Assembly: GCA_050249615.1 (NCBI GenBank)
Contig: JBFWQE010000003.1
Coordinates: 34,622-98,621, forward strand
Source: Vicinamibacterales bacterium
Lineage (GTDB): Bacteria > Acidobacteriota > Vicinamibacteria > Vicinamibacterales > UBA2999
Length of the DNA stretch: 64,000 nt
Direction: 5' to 3'
In this document: one piece after another, positions 1-9,400 of the stretch
Position numbering within the stretch: position 1 is the first letter of the stretch
Layout of the letters: every line of letters starts with the position of its first letter
The notes under the pieces: generated by a model
The model's input: only the letters and a program-made list of their open reading frames with translations
What the model was told of the DNA's origin: nothing
Database searches by the model: none
Program-made: the position numbers and the translations under genes

Positions 1-2
1 TC

Positions 3-1112
3 CCGCGCGACCAGGTCAAGGGCATCATCGAGCAGTTCGGCGGGAGCTGGAACGGGTACACCTGGATCGACCAGACGACCTACCTCGAGACCGCCTCCAT
101 CGAGGCGCTCGACCGGATGCTGTTCATCGAGGCCGAGCGGATGGACCGCTGCCTCTACGATCCGAGCGAGTGCGAGTCGGAGCGAACGGTCATCATCTCC
201 GAATTGCAGGGCGGCGAGAACGACCCGGAGCAGCTGCTCGACATGGAGGTCACCGCGATGGCCTTCAAGGTGCACCCGTACCGGCATCCCACCATCGGCT
301 GGCAGTCCGACCTGGAAGCCATGACGAGGGAGGACCTCTACGGCCACTATCGCCGCTTCTACACGCCGTCGAATGCCACCCTCGTCATCGTGGGCGACGT
401 GGACGGCGACGACGTGCTACGGCGCGTGGAGCGGGAGTTCGGCGGCATCCAGGGGGCGCCGGCGCCCGAGCGGCGTCGTTTCGTCGAGCCGCCGCAGCAG
501 GCCGAGCGCCGTGTGACGCTGCGCAAGGAGGGCACGACCGCCTACTGGAAGGCGGCGTTCCATGCACCGGCCTTCGGCGACCGCGCGTTCTTCCCACTGC
601 TCGTAGCTGACGCCGTACTGAGCGGCGCCGCTGGCCTCAACATCTGGTCGGCCGGCCGCGTGGCGCGCCCGCAGCGCAGCGCGCGGCTCTACCGGGCCCT
701 GGTCGATTCGGGGCTGGCCTCGTCGATCGGGGGGGCGCTCATGCCGACCGCGGAGCCGTTCCTGTACTCCGTGAGCGCCACGGTTGCCGAAGGACAGTCG
801 CTCGCCGCCGTCGAGGACGCCGTTCTCGGTGAGCTCGAGCGGATATCGCGCGAGGGCATCACGCCGCGCGAGCTCGACAAGGCGCGGGCACAGCTGCGCG
901 CGCGCTTCGTGTTCGACATGGACGGCGTCACCGACATCGCCCATCAGCTGGGGTACTTCGAGACCATCGGCTCGTGGCGTGACGCGCTGGACCTGGAGGG
1001 CCGGCTGGCCGCGGTCAGCCTTGCGGACGTGCACGAGGCCGCACGCCAGACGTTCATGTCCTCCAACCGCACCGCGGGCTGGTTCGAACCGCAGGCCGAC
1101 GCATGCCGCTGA
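3..1112 (+). CDS. M16 family (pitrilysin-like) zinc peptidase, C-terminal part; 5' end outside the window
   Basis: Frame 3 is open from nt 3; track ORF 117..1112 is only the first in-window Met. The upstream translation PRDQVKGIIEQFGGSWNGYTWIDQTTYLET continues the same protein. Balanced composition. Overlaps the next M16 gene by 10 nt. Confidence 0.8.
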   Translation, partial: PRDQVKGIIEQFGGSWNGYTWIDQTTYLETASIEALDRMLFIEAERMDRCLYDPSECESERTVIISELQGGENDPEQLLDMEVTAMAFKVHPYRHPTIGWQSDLEAMTREDLYGHYRRFYTPSNATLVIVGDVDGDDVLRRVEREFGGIQGAPAPERRRFVEPPQQAERRVTLRKEGTTAYWKAAFHAPAFGDRAFFPLLVADAVLSGAAGLNIWSAGRVARPQRSARLYRALVDSGLASSIGGALMPTAEPFLYSVSATVAEGQSLAAVEDAVLGELERISREGITPRELDKARAQLRARFVFDMDGVTDIAHQLGYFETIGSWRDALDLEGRLAAVSLADVHEAARQTFMSSNRTAGWFEPQADACR

Positions 1113-2368
1113 ACCCGCTCCGGCAGGTGCTCGCCAACGGCGTGACCGTCGTCGTCCAGGAAAACCACACGATGCCGGCGGTGTCGCTGCTGGCCGCCCA
1201 GCGTGCCGGGGGCTACGACGATCCGGAGGGGCGGGAGGGCACGGCTGCACTGCTGGCGCGCGTGCTCGACCGTGGGACCGCGGCGCGGACCGCCGACCAG
1301 ATTGCCGACGACCTGGATGGGCGAGGCGCGTCGCTTTCCGTGTCCGCCGGGCGGCACCATGTCGGCCTTTCCGCGACCTGCCTGGTGGACGACTTCGTCC
1401 CGGTCCTGGCCATCGTCGCCGACGCGCTCAGAACCCCAGTGTTTCCCGAGCACGACGTGGCCACGCGGCGCGGAGAGATCGTCACCACCATCAGGCAGGA
1501 GGAGGACGACCCAGCCTCGGTGGCCGTGAACCGGATGTTCCGGGAGCTCTACGGGCCGCACCCCTACGCGCGGCGAGTCCGCGGCACGGTGGATTCTGTC
1601 GAGCGCCTCACGCGCGACGACCTGGTCCGCTTCCACCAGCGGCATTTCGTGCCCTCCGGGCACGTCGTCGTGGTCGCGGGCGGGCTGGACGCGGCCCGGA
1701 TACTGGGCGCGGTGGCCGAGGCCCTCGGCGACTGGCCGACCGGTCCCGCGAGGCCGCTGCTGAGCGTTCCCGACGCGCCGCTTTCCACCGCGCGCTGCCA
1801 GGTGGAGATCGCCATGCCCGACAAGTCGCAGTCGGACGTCGCGTACGGGTTCGTCGGGATCAGGAGGGCGGATCCCGGCTTCATGGCAGCGTCGGTGATG
1901 AACAACGCCCTCGGGCAGTACGCCCTTGGCGGACGGCTGGGCGACAGCATCCGCGAGCGGCAGGGGATGGCCTACTACGTCTTCAGCTCGCTCGACGCCG
2001 GGCACGGGCCCGGCCCCGTCATGATCCGGGCGGGCGTGGCCGCCGCGAACGTCGCGCGCACCATTGCCTCCATCGACACCGAGATCGATGCGATCCGGGC
2101 GGAAGGGTTCACGGAGAAGGAGATCGCGGAATCGAAGCAGTACCTGGTCGGATCGTTGCCACGGCAGCTCGAGACCAACGCGGGCATCGCGGGCTTCCTG
2201 CTGAACGCCGAGTTGTTCGCCCTCGGGCCCGACTACGACCAGAGGCTGCCGGGCCTGATCAGGGCCGTCGCCAGGGACGCGGCCATCGACGCCGCGCGCC
2301 GGCTGCTCGATCCCGCGCGCGCCACCGTGGTGGTCGCCGGTCCCCCGGCCGGGGAGCCCGGCGCTTGA
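1103..2368 (+). CDS. M16 family peptidase-like protein; no HxxEH motif seen, so probably the non-catalytic partner subunit
   Basis: 421-aa ORF. N-terminus LANGVTVVVQENHTMPAVSL...GTAALLARVLDRGT has the M16 N-domain layout but lacks the zinc motif. Paired and overlapping with the preceding M16 gene. Confidence 0.8.
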   Translation: MPLNPLRQVLANGVTVVVQENHTMPAVSLLAAQRAGGYDDPEGREGTAALLARVLDRGTAARTADQIADDLDGRGASLSVSAGRHHVGLSATCLVDDFVPVLAIVADALRTPVFPEHDVATRRGEIVTTIRQEEDDPASVAVNRMFRELYGPHPYARRVRGTVDSVERLTRDDLVRFHQRHFVPSGHVVVVAGGLDAARILGAVAEALGDWPTGPARPLLSVPDAPLSTARCQVEIAMPDKSQSDVAYGFVGIRRADPGFMAASVMNNALGQYALGGRLGDSIRERQGMAYYVFSSLDAGHGPGPVMIRAGVAAANVARTIASIDTEIDAIRAEGFTEKEIAESKQYLVGSLPRQLETNAGIAGFLLNAELFALGPDYDQRLPGLIRAVARDAAIDAARRLLDPARATVVVAGPPAGEPGA

Positions 2369-2382
2369 GCGCGCCCCCGCGC

Positions 2383-3063
2383 GTGACGGCGGTCTTCTTC
2401 GACGTCGACTTCACGCTGATCTATCCGGGTCCCACGTTCCAGGGTGAGGGCTACCAGCGCTTCTGTCATGCGCACGGCATCGCCGTCGACACCGCCCGTT
2501 TCGACGAAGCGGTCAAGGCGGCCTCGTTCATCCTGGACGAGGTCGAGGAACCGCTGTACGACGACGGGCTCTTCATCCACTATACGGCGACGATCATCGA
2601 GCACATGGGTGGCCGCGGGCCGAACGTCGTGAGGGCGGCGCGCGAGATCTACGAGCAGTGGGCGGGTAACCACCACTTCGAGATGTACGACGACGTGGAG
2701 CCGGTGCTGCGGACGCTGGTCGATCGCGGCCTGACCGTCGGCGTCATCTCGAACAGCCACCGCAGCCTGGACGCCTTCCGCGACCATTTCGCCCTGGGCG
2801 GGCTGATCCACGCGGCCGTGTCATCGTTCGAGCACGGCTATCTGAAGCCGCACCGCAGCATCTTCGACGAGGCGCTCGAGCGCGCCGGCGCGGACCGGTC
2901 CTCGTCGATGATGGTGGGCGACAGCCTGAGAGCCGACGTCCAGGGCGCCCTGGCGGCCGGGATGCGCGCCATCCTCCTCCGGCGATCGGGCGACGTGCCC
3001 GGCGACCTGCCGTCGTCCGTGCCGGTGATCCGGGCGCTGACCGAGCTCGCGGTGCTCCTCTGA
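2383..3063 (+). CDS. HAD superfamily hydrolase
   Basis: C-terminal part of track ORF 784..3063. GTG at 2383 (or TTG at 2365, overlapping the previous stop). DxDxT motif FFDVDFTLI; later VGVISNS and MVGDS motifs. Confidence 0.8.
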   Translation: MTAVFFDVDFTLIYPGPTFQGEGYQRFCHAHGIAVDTARFDEAVKAASFILDEVEEPLYDDGLFIHYTATIIEHMGGRGPNVVRAAREIYEQWAGNHHFEMYDDVEPVLRTLVDRGLTVGVISNSHRSLDAFRDHFALGGLIHAAVSSFEHGYLKPHRSIFDEALERAGADRSSSMMVGDSLRADVQGALAAGMRAILLRRSGDVPGDLPSSVPVIRALTELAVLL

Positions 3064-3100
3064 GCGGGGCGGCTGCCGGGATGGCGGGCGAGGAGTGAAG

Positions 3101-3137
3101 ACTTCGTGAAATACTTCGTGTGCCTGGTGCCTTCGTG
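3101..3137. repeat. Three copies of CTTCGTG in the HAD-GNAT intergenic region
   Basis: acttcgtg at 3101-3108 and 3113-3120; ccttcgtg at 3130-3137. Confidence 0.5.
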
Positions 3138-3142
3138 TTCCC

Positions 3143-3994
3143 GTGTCTATGTCCACTATCACCATTCGCAATCTGACGACGTTCGATGAGTTCAGGCAGG
3201 TCATGGAGCTGGAGCGCCAGGTCTGGGGGTTCTCGGACATCCTCGACATGGTGCCGCCGGTCGTCTTCCGCATCACGGTCAAGCGCGGGGCCATCCTGCT
3301 GGGCGCTTTCGACGAGCGCGACCGCATGGTGGGGTTCTCCTACTCACTGGTGGGCATGAAGCAAGGGGGAAAGGTCCTGCAGTGGTCGCATATGACCGGC
3401 GTGCTCCCGGAGCACCGCGGCGGGCTGGGGCATCGGTTGAAGCTGGAGCAGCGCCAGCGGGCGCTCGAAATGGGCTTCGACCTCATCGAGTGGACGTTCG
3501 ACCCGCTTCAGGCCATGAACGCGCACTTCAACATGACCAAGCTGGGGTGCGTGGCCGAGGAGTACCACCGGAACGTGTACGGCGAGTCCACGAGCGCGCT
3601 CCACAAGGGGACGCCGACGGATCGGCTCGTGGCCCAGTGGCACATCGCGAAGCCGCACGTCGTGCGGCGGCTCGAGTCGGTGCCGGAGCTGCGCTTCCGG
3701 ACCCACGAGGTGGCCGAGGCGCCGCTGGTGAATCGCACGGCGATGGCGGGCGCGTGGCGGACGTGCGCCAGCATCGATCTCCAACGGGAGGATCGGCGAC
3801 TGTGGGTGGAGATCCCGACCGGCTTCACCGAGATGCAACACCAAGCGCCGGACCTGGCGCTGGCCTGGCGGATGCACACGCGCGAGATCTTCGAAACCTA
3901 CTTCGCCCGCGGCTATCGCGTCGTGGACTTCACCCTCGACCGCCCGGCCGGCTTCGGGCGCTACCTGCTGGTGACGGACCGAGAGGCGGATTGA
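3143..3994 (+). CDS. GNAT-superfamily acetyltransferase-like protein (two-domain, ~280 aa)
   Basis: 283-aa ORF. Segment HMTGVLPEHRGGLGHRLKLEQRQRALEMGFDLIEWTFDPL resembles the GNAT acetyl-CoA binding region (R/Q-x-x-G-x-G/A). Balanced composition. Confidence 0.65.
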   Translation: MSMSTITIRNLTTFDEFRQVMELERQVWGFSDILDMVPPVVFRITVKRGAILLGAFDERDRMVGFSYSLVGMKQGGKVLQWSHMTGVLPEHRGGLGHRLKLEQRQRALEMGFDLIEWTFDPLQAMNAHFNMTKLGCVAEEYHRNVYGESTSALHKGTPTDRLVAQWHIAKPHVVRRLESVPELRFRTHEVAEAPLVNRTAMAGAWRTCASIDLQREDRRLWVEIPTGFTEMQHQAPDLALAWRMHTREIFETYFARGYRVVDFTLDRPAGFGRYLLVTDREAD

Positions 3995-4336
3995 TCAACC
4001 AGGGGGCCAGGCCATCGCGCGCCCGCCCAGGACGTGCAGGTGCAGGTGGAACACCGACTGGCCGGCCTGCGCATTGCAGTTGAACACCGTGCGGTAGCCG
4101 CTGCCGTCGTAGCCACGCTCCCGGGCGATGGCCGCGGCGCGGCGCAGCATGGTGCCCACGAGCGCATCGTGTCCCTCCGCGAGGTCGTTGACCGTCGCGA
4201 TGTGCTCTCTCGGGACGACCAGCACGTGCATGGGCGCCTGAGGATTGATGTCGTTGAACGCCACCACCTGGTCGTCCTCGTACACCTTCGAGGCCGGGAT
4301 CTCACCGGCGATGATGCGACAGAACAGGCACGACAT
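3995..4336 (-). CDS. HIT family (histidine triad) nucleotide hydrolase
   Basis: 113 aa. C-terminal histidine triad HLHLHVLGG. N-terminus CLFCRIIAGEIPA is typical of Hint proteins. Confidence 0.9.
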   Translation of the reverse strand: MSCLFCRIIAGEIPASKVYEDDQVVAFNDINPQAPMHVLVVPREHIATVNDLAEGHDALVGTMLRRAAAIARERGYDGSGYRTVFNCNAQAGQSVFHLHLHVLGGRAMAWPPG

Positions 4337-4409
4337 GGGTCACATGGTTGATCAGAGCCACGCGGCGCACAAGCCATCCCCGGCCTGATCCGTCCCCGAC
4401 AGACGCTCG

Positions 4410-5291
4410 TCATCCCGACGAAGCAGCGCCCGGTCGTGCCGAGGCGATCACCGCCACGCGCGGGATTCCCTGAAGATCCTCGCGGACACGGAGGAGCCGC
4501 AGGCCTTCCGTCTCCCCTACGATCCGTGTCACCGCGGCCGCCTGGTCGTAGCCGATCTCCATCAGCAGCAGGCCAGCAGGTGCCAGGGCCGGGCCTGCCT
4601 TCCTCACGATCTCCTGGATGACGTCCAGGCCCTCGGCGCCCGCGACCAGCGCCTCCACCGGCTCGTGATCGCGCACTTCCGGGGCGAGCCCGGCGTGGGC
4701 CGGCGCGGCCACGTAGGGCGGGTTCGAGACGATGAGGTCGAACGAGCCCGCAAGGTCCGCGAGGTCGTTTCCCAGCCGGACGTCGATGGCGGCCCCCAGC
4801 CGATCGGCGTTCGCGCGCGCGATGGCCAGCGCGGCGCTGGAGACATCGGTGGCGGCGACCTGCGCGCCGGGGATCTCCAGGGCCAGGGTGACTGCGAGGC
4901 AGCCGCTCCCGGTGCCGATGTCCAGCACGCGCAGGGGGGCGGCACCGGCCGCGCGGGCGCCCGCCCATGAGAGGGCTTCCTCGATGATGAGCTCGGTTTC
5001 GGGACGCGGGATCAGGACGCCGGGACCCACCCGGAACTGGCGGCCCCAGAACTCCTGGACGCCGGTGATGTAGGCCAGCGGCTCCCGGGCGGCACGCCGG
5101 TCCACGCACGTTGCGTAGTCGGCAGCGAAGCTGCCCGGCGCCTGGTCGCGCAGGCGGGCCACGAGGGCCACGCGATCCCAGCCGAGCACGTGCCGGGCCA
5201 GGAGCTCGGCATCGAGGACGGCTTCCCCCCGGGGAATGCCCGCGGCGATGAGCCGCTCCCGCGCCTCCCGCAGGTATTCGTGGAGCGTCAT
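4410..5291 (-). CDS. prmC: Release factor glutamine N5-methyltransferase
   Basis: 293 aa. SAM motif VLDIGTGSGC and catalytic NPPY (DLIVSNPPYV). Immediately downstream of prfA on the same strand. Confidence 0.9.
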   Translation of the reverse strand: MTLHEYLREARERLIAAGIPRGEAVLDAELLARHVLGWDRVALVARLRDQAPGSFAADYATCVDRRAAREPLAYITGVQEFWGRQFRVGPGVLIPRPETELIIEEALSWAGARAAGAAPLRVLDIGTGSGCLAVTLALEIPGAQVAATDVSSAALAIARANADRLGAAIDVRLGNDLADLAGSFDLIVSNPPYVAAPAHAGLAPEVRDHEPVEALVAGAEGLDVIQEIVRKAGPALAPAGLLLMEIGYDQAAAVTRIVGETEGLRLLRVREDLQGIPRVAVIASARPGAASSG

Positions 5292-5304
5292 GGCCTCGGG
5301 GCCG

Positions 5305-6387
5305 TCAGAGCCCGGTCTCGACCGCGGTGACTTCCTTCAGCTTCTCGGCCGTGTAGTAGGTGGTCAGCGCGTCGATCAGCTCGCCGATGTTGCCGTCCAG
5401 CACCGAGGTGAGCTGGTGCGTCGTGTAGTTGATCCGATGGTCGGTGATCCGGCTCTGCGGGTAGTTGTAGGTCCGGATCTTCTCGGACCGGTCGCCCGAC
5501 CCCACCTGGCCGCGGCGTTCCTTCGCGATGGCATCCTGCTGCTTCTGCATCTCGAGCTCGTAGAGCCGCGAACGCAGCACCTTCAAGGCCTTCGCGCGGT
5601 TCTTGATCTGCGACTTCTCGTCCTGCTGAGACACGACGATGCCGGTGGGAAGGTGGGTGACGCGGACGGCCGAGTACGTGGTGTTCACGCTCTGCCCCCC
5701 GGGCCCGCTCGAGCAGAAGGTGTCGATCCGCAGGTCCTTGTCCTGGATCTGAATGTCGATCTCGTCCGCCTCGGGCAGGACCGCCACCGTCGCCGTCGAC
5801 GTATGAATGCGCCCCGAGGCCTCGGTGGCGGGCACGCGCTGCACGCGGTGCACACCGCTTTCGTACTTCAACCGGCTGTAGGCGCCCCGGCCCGTGATGC
5901 TGACGATGACTTCCTTGAGGCCGCCCTGCCCGGCCTCGCTCAGATTCAGGATCTCGAGCTTCCAGCCCTGACGCTCCGCGTAGCGCGTGTACATGCGGTA
6001 CAGGTCGCCCGCGAACAGCGCCGCCTCCTCGCCGCCCGTTCCCGCGCGTATCTCGACGAGGACGTTCTTCTCGTCGTTCGGGTCCTTCGGGATGAGCAGG
6101 ATCTTCAGCTCGTCCACGATGCGGCCTTGCCGCATGCTGAGGTCGCTCAGTTCCTCCTGGGCCAGGTCCCGCATCTCGGGGTCGCCGGCCTTCGTCATCT
6201 CCTCGGCCTGCGCGATCTCCGCGGCCACGGCCTTGTACTCGCGGTACTTCTCGACCAGCGGCTCGAGATCGCTCAGCGTCTTGGCCTGCTTGCGGTACTC
6301 GGCCGGGTCGTTCTGCACGGTCGCCGTGCCGAGCGAGGCCATCAGCTCCTCGTATCGGGTCTCGACCGCGGCCAGCTTGTCAAACAC
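5305..6387 (-). CDS. prfA: Peptide chain release factor 1
   Basis: 360 aa. GGQ motif ([12 protein letters not shown]) and the RF1-type PAT tripeptide (RVQRVPATE). Confidence 0.95.
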   Translation of the reverse strand: MFDKLAAVETRYEELMASLGTATVQNDPAEYRKQAKTLSDLEPLVEKYREYKAVAAEIAQAEEMTKAGDPEMRDLAQEELSDLSMRQGRIVDELKILLIPKDPNDEKNVLVEIRAGTGGEEAALFAGDLYRMYTRYAERQGWKLEILNLSEAGQGGLKEVIVSITGRGAYSRLKYESGVHRVQRVPATEASGRIHTSTATVAVLPEADEIDIQIQDKDLRIDTFCSSGPGGQSVNTTYSAVRVTHLPTGIVVSQQDEKSQIKNRAKALKVLRSRLYELEMQKQQDAIAKERRGQVGSGDRSEKIRTYNYPQSRITDHRINYTTHQLTSVLDGNIGELIDALTTYYTAEKLKEVTAVETGL

Positions 6388-6405
6388 GGCCGTTCCTCCG
6401 GATCA

Positions 6406-6500
6406 GGTGTGGGGTGCAGGGGTGCGTGGTGCAAGGGTGCATGGGGGCAGGGTTCATGGGTGCCAGGTGCAAGGGTGCAACGGTGCAAATGGTGCATTGT
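6406..6500. repeat. Degenerate ~8-nt tandem array built on GGTGCA, between the moaD stop and the prfA start
   Basis: Exact GGTGCA at 6413, 6428, 6436, 6466, 6474, 6482 and 6491; variants GGTTCA at 6451 and GGTGCC at 6459. The dominant spacing is 7-9 nt. Confidence 0.85.
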
Positions 6501-6537
6501 GTGGCGGCGCGTGGCGGCTCCCCGGCCGCGTGCGCAC

Positions 6538-6783
6538 CTAACCGCCGGATACGGGCGGCATGAAGGCCACTTCGTCGCCATCTGCGACGGCGGTCGTGAA
6601 CTTCGCGTACTCCGCGTTCACGGCGCACGACAGCGATGGCCGATAATCCGCGAACCCCGGAAAATCCTCGACGAGCGACTGCCAGACTGACGAGACGGTG
6701 GCGCCGTCCGGGACGTCGCGCACGAACTCGCCCGAGCCACCCAGCTCGCGCAGCCTGGCGAAGAGGCGCACTCTCACGCGCAT
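6538..6783 (-). CDS. moaD: Molybdopterin synthase sulfur-carrier subunit
   Basis: 81 aa ending in GG (FMPPVSGG). Overlaps the moaE stop by 10 nt. Confidence 0.85.
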   Translation of the reverse strand: MRVRVRLFARLRELGGSGEFVRDVPDGATVSSVWQSLVEDFPGFADYRPSLSCAVNAEYAKFTTAVADGDEVAFMPPVSGG

Positions 6784-7247
6784 GCAATCCTCAGCGCCTG
6801 CTCGCGGGCCTGGACATCGTCGGGGTCGGCCGTGGCGCCTTCAATCCAGGTGTCGCCGCCCTCGAAGAACTCGTGCTTCCAAATCGGGACGATCTGCTTG
6901 ATGCGCTCGATCGCGTACCGGCAGGCAGCAAACGCATCCGCGCGGTGCGCCGAAGCGGCCGCGATGGCCACGCTGGCCTCGCCAACGGCCAGCCGACCCG
7001 TCCGGTGGTGAATGGCCATGGTCACCGAAGGCCACCGCTCGGCGGCCTCGCGGACGATGCGCTCCAGGGCCTTGACGGCCAGCGGCTCGTACGCCTCGTA
7101 GACCAGGTGGGTGACGCGACGGCCATGGTTGTGGTCCCGCACCAGGCCGATGAACGTCACCACGGCGCCATGGCCCGGCCCTTCGACCAGGCCGGCCAGC
7201 GAAGCCGCATCGAGCGCCGAGTCGGTGACCGCCGTCCGCGCGTTCAT
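6774..7247 (-). CDS. moaE: Molybdopterin synthase catalytic subunit
   Basis: 157 aa. GAVVTFIGLVRDHNHGRRVTHLVYEAYEPLA and PIWKHEFF are typical MoaE segments. Adjacent to moaD. Confidence 0.85.
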   Translation of the reverse strand: MNARTAVTDSALDAASLAGLVEGPGHGAVVTFIGLVRDHNHGRRVTHLVYEAYEPLAVKALERIVREAAERWPSVTMAIHHRTGRLAVGEASVAIAAASAHRADAFAACRYAIERIKQIVPIWKHEFFEGGDTWIEGATADPDDVQAREQALRIACA

Positions 7248-7251
7248 GGAC

Positions 7252-8076
7252 TCAATCGAGTATAGCGGACGCCGGGAACCTCCAGAAGTGATCGAGCGGC
7301 TGGTGGCCGTGGCCGACGTTCACGCCGTGCCGCATGGCCCCCGCCACGTAGGCCTTGGCGGCCTTGGCGGAGGCGACCAGATCTTCGCCGCGCGCCAGGC
7401 CGGCGGCAAGGGCCGCGGCGAGCGCGCAGCCCGTGCCGTGCGTGTGTCGCCCCTCCACCCGTGGTCCCGCCAGCTCATGGAAGACGCCCTCCACATAGAC
7501 CAGGTCCACGACCTCGCCGCCTGGCAGGTGGCCGCCCTTGACGAGCACCGCGCCGGGGCCGAGCGCGGCGATACGCCGGGCCGCCTCGCGCATGTCGCCG
7601 CGCGAGTGGATGGACATGCCCGCCAGCGCTTCGGCCTCGGGGATGTTCGGGGTCACCACCCGGGCCACCTTGAGGAGCGAGGCCCGCACGGCGTGCACGG
7701 CGTCGGCATCCAGCAGGTGGTCGCCGCTCTTGGCGACCATCACGGGATCGACCACGAGGTTCGGCAGATCCAGCGCCTCGACCGCGGCCACCACGGCCTC
7801 GACGATGGCCGACGTGGCGAGCATGCCCGTCTTCACCGCGTCGCAGCCGATATCGCTGACCACCGCTTCGATCTGCGCCGTCACGAACTCGGCCGGCACG
7901 ACATGGATCGCGGACACGCCGAGCGTGTTCTGGGCCGTCAGGGCTGTGATGGCCGAGGTCCCATACACGCCAAAGGCGGCGAATGTCTTGAGGTCTGCCT
8001 GGATGCCGGCCCCGCCACCCGAATCCGACCCCGCAATTGTCAGCGCCCGGGGCCCACCGGTAGAATCGTTCGTCAT
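7252..8076 (-). CDS. thiD: Hydroxymethylpyrimidine/phosphomethylpyrimidine kinase
   Basis: Track ORF 7252..8250 trimmed to the Met at 8076 (MTNDSTGGPRALTIAGSDSGGGAGIQADLKTF). The N-terminal extension in the track is low-complexity and overlaps bioY. Confidence 0.85.
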   Translation of the reverse strand: MTNDSTGGPRALTIAGSDSGGGAGIQADLKTFAAFGVYGTSAITALTAQNTLGVSAIHVVPAEFVTAQIEAVVSDIGCDAVKTGMLATSAIVEAVVAAVEALDLPNLVVDPVMVAKSGDHLLDADAVHAVRASLLKVARVVTPNIPEAEALAGMSIHSRGDMREAARRIAALGPGAVLVKGGHLPGGEVVDLVYVEGVFHELAGPRVEGRHTHGTGCALAAALAAGLARGEDLVASAKAAKAYVAGAMRHGVNVGHGHQPLDHFWRFPASAILD

Positions 8077-8680
8077 GACTTCACGCGCCTCGTCTGCCAT
8101 CCACGCTTCAACGCTCGTCGAGCGGATGACGTCTTCATCTTCGTCCCCCGCGCCGGGTGTCCGGATGCTGGCGGTGTTCTTCGTCACCGCCCTCACAGCC
8201 GCGTTGTCGCAGGTGAGCTTCCCCCTGCCGTTCACGCCCGTGCCCTTCACGCTGCAGCCCGTGGTGGTGCTGCTGGGTGGCGCGGCGCTCGGGGCGCGCC
8301 TGGGCGCGACCAGCCAGATCCTTTATCTCATGCTGGGCATTGCCGGTCTGCCGGTGTTTGCGCACGCACCCGAGCTGCCGCAGGGCGCGCTCCGGCTGGT
8401 GGGGCCCTCGGGCGGGTACCTGATGGCCTACCCGTTGGCGGCGCTCGTCACGGGGTGGCTGGCCCAGCGTGGCATGGATCGCCGCATATTGACCGCTCTC
8501 CTGGCCATGGCCGCCGGATTGGCCACGGTATACGCCGGCGGCGTGCTGTGGCTGGCGAAGGATCTGGGCCTCGCCGGAGCGGCGGCCGCCGGTCTCTACC
8601 CTTTCGTGCTGGTGGACGTCATCAAGATGGCGGCGGCGGCCCTGGTGCTGCCGGCTGCGTGGCGGATGCTGAGGGCTTGA
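8075..8680 (+). CDS. bioY: Biotin transporter BioY
   Basis: 3' part of track ORF 7538..8680. Hydrophobic 6-TM-like protein; FTLQPVVVLLGGAALG...GYLMAYPLAALVTGWL matches the BioY layout. The start is uncertain: ATG at 8075, 8126 or 8165. Confidence 0.75.
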   Translation: MTSRASSAIHASTLVERMTSSSSSPAPGVRMLAVFFVTALTAALSQVSFPLPFTPVPFTLQPVVVLLGGAALGARLGATSQILYLMLGIAGLPVFAHAPELPQGALRLVGPSGGYLMAYPLAALVTGWLAQRGMDRRILTALLAMAAGLATVYAGGVLWLAKDLGLAGAAAAGLYPFVLVDVIKMAAAALVLPAAWRMLRA

Positions 8681-8681
8681 G

Positions 8682-8724
8682 CCCAAGACCCAGGACCCAA
8701 GACCCAAGACTCAAGACCAAGACT
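8682..8724. repeat. Tandem 7-8-nt array (CCCAAGAC-like) filling the whole gap between convergent bioY and the methyltransferase gene
   Basis: cccaagac ccaggac ccaagac ccaagac tcaagac caagac. CCC runs at 8682, 8689, 8696 and 8703, separated by 4-nt loops. Confidence 0.9.
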
Positions 8725-9380
8725 CACTGCTTCCCGAAGATCAGAAAGTACTGGTACGGCAGGTACGTCTCGGTTCCCACCACGCGCAGGCCGGCGCTGT
8801 CGGCGTCTCTCGCGACGACGTCCGGGCTGACGCGCTCGTCGGCCTCCGGACCCGGCCCGCTGCCCTCCAGCTTGAAATCCACGACACCCAGGCGGCCCTG
8901 GGGCTTCAACGCCCTTGCGATGTTCGCCAGCATCGTCACGCGATCCTCGATCTCGTGGTACGCGTCCACGAGCAGCACGGCGTCGAGGCTCTCGCGGGGC
9001 AGGCGCGGATCGCTGCCGCGTCCGAGGACGGTCCGCACGTTGGCCAGCCCTTCCCGCTGCACGCGGCGCGTGATGGCGTTCAGCATTTCCTGCTGGACGT
9101 CCTGCGCGTAGACGATGCCCTGCGGGCCCACGCGGCGTGCCAGCCGGACGGTGAACCAGCCGCTGCCGGCGCCCACGTCGGCCACCACCGAGGCATCGGC
9201 GATGCCGAGGGCGTCCATGATGCGATCCGGGCGCTGCCACTGGTCGCGATCCGGCGCCTCGAGCAGGCCGAGATCCTGGGGAGGGAACAGGCGCCCGTGC
9301 GGTCGCGGTTGCTGGGCCCTGAGCGCGCCGCCCATCAGCACCGCAAGCGCACACAACGCCGTGGCGGCTCGAACGCGCAT
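8724..9380 (-). CDS. Secreted or periplasmic class I SAM-dependent methyltransferase
   Basis: Track ORF 8724..9533 trimmed to the Met at 9380 (MRVRAATALCALAVLMGGALRAQ, signal-peptide-like). SAM motif I is VADVGAGSGWF. Confidence 0.8.
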   Translation of the reverse strand: MRVRAATALCALAVLMGGALRAQQPRPHGRLFPPQDLGLLEAPDRDQWQRPDRIMDALGIADASVVADVGAGSGWFTVRLARRVGPQGIVYAQDVQQEMLNAITRRVQREGLANVRTVLGRGSDPRLPRESLDAVLLVDAYHEIEDRVTMLANIARALKPQGRLGVVDFKLEGSGPGPEADERVSPDVVARDADSAGLRVVGTETYLPYQYFLIFGKQ

Positions 9381-9389
9381 GCTGAGCCG

Positions 9390-9395
9390 ATTATA
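9390..9395 (-). promoter_or_regulatory. Possible -10 box (TATAAT on the minus strand), 9 nt before the methyltransferase ATG; implies a leaderless or near-leaderless mRNA
   Basis: The minus strand reads cactcTATAATcggctcagcATG. No SD and no good -35 at 16-18 nt spacing. Confidence 0.3.
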
Positions 9396-9400
9396 GAGTG

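Noticed and set aside
784-3063. 759-aa plus-strand ORF spanning both M16 genes and the HAD gene
   Set aside because: Most of the translation is Arg/Ala/Pro/Gly low-complexity sequence in an alternative frame of the two M16 genes. Only its last ~227 codons (from 2383) give a recognisable HAD protein. It is a typical high-GC open-frame artefact.
7248-8250. TPP riboswitch ahead of thiD, or a Moco riboswitch ahead of moaE
   Set aside because: There is no non-coding space. The thiD start region overlaps bioY on the other strand, and moaE starts 4 nt after the thiD stop. The track's longer thiD ORF extension is low-complexity.
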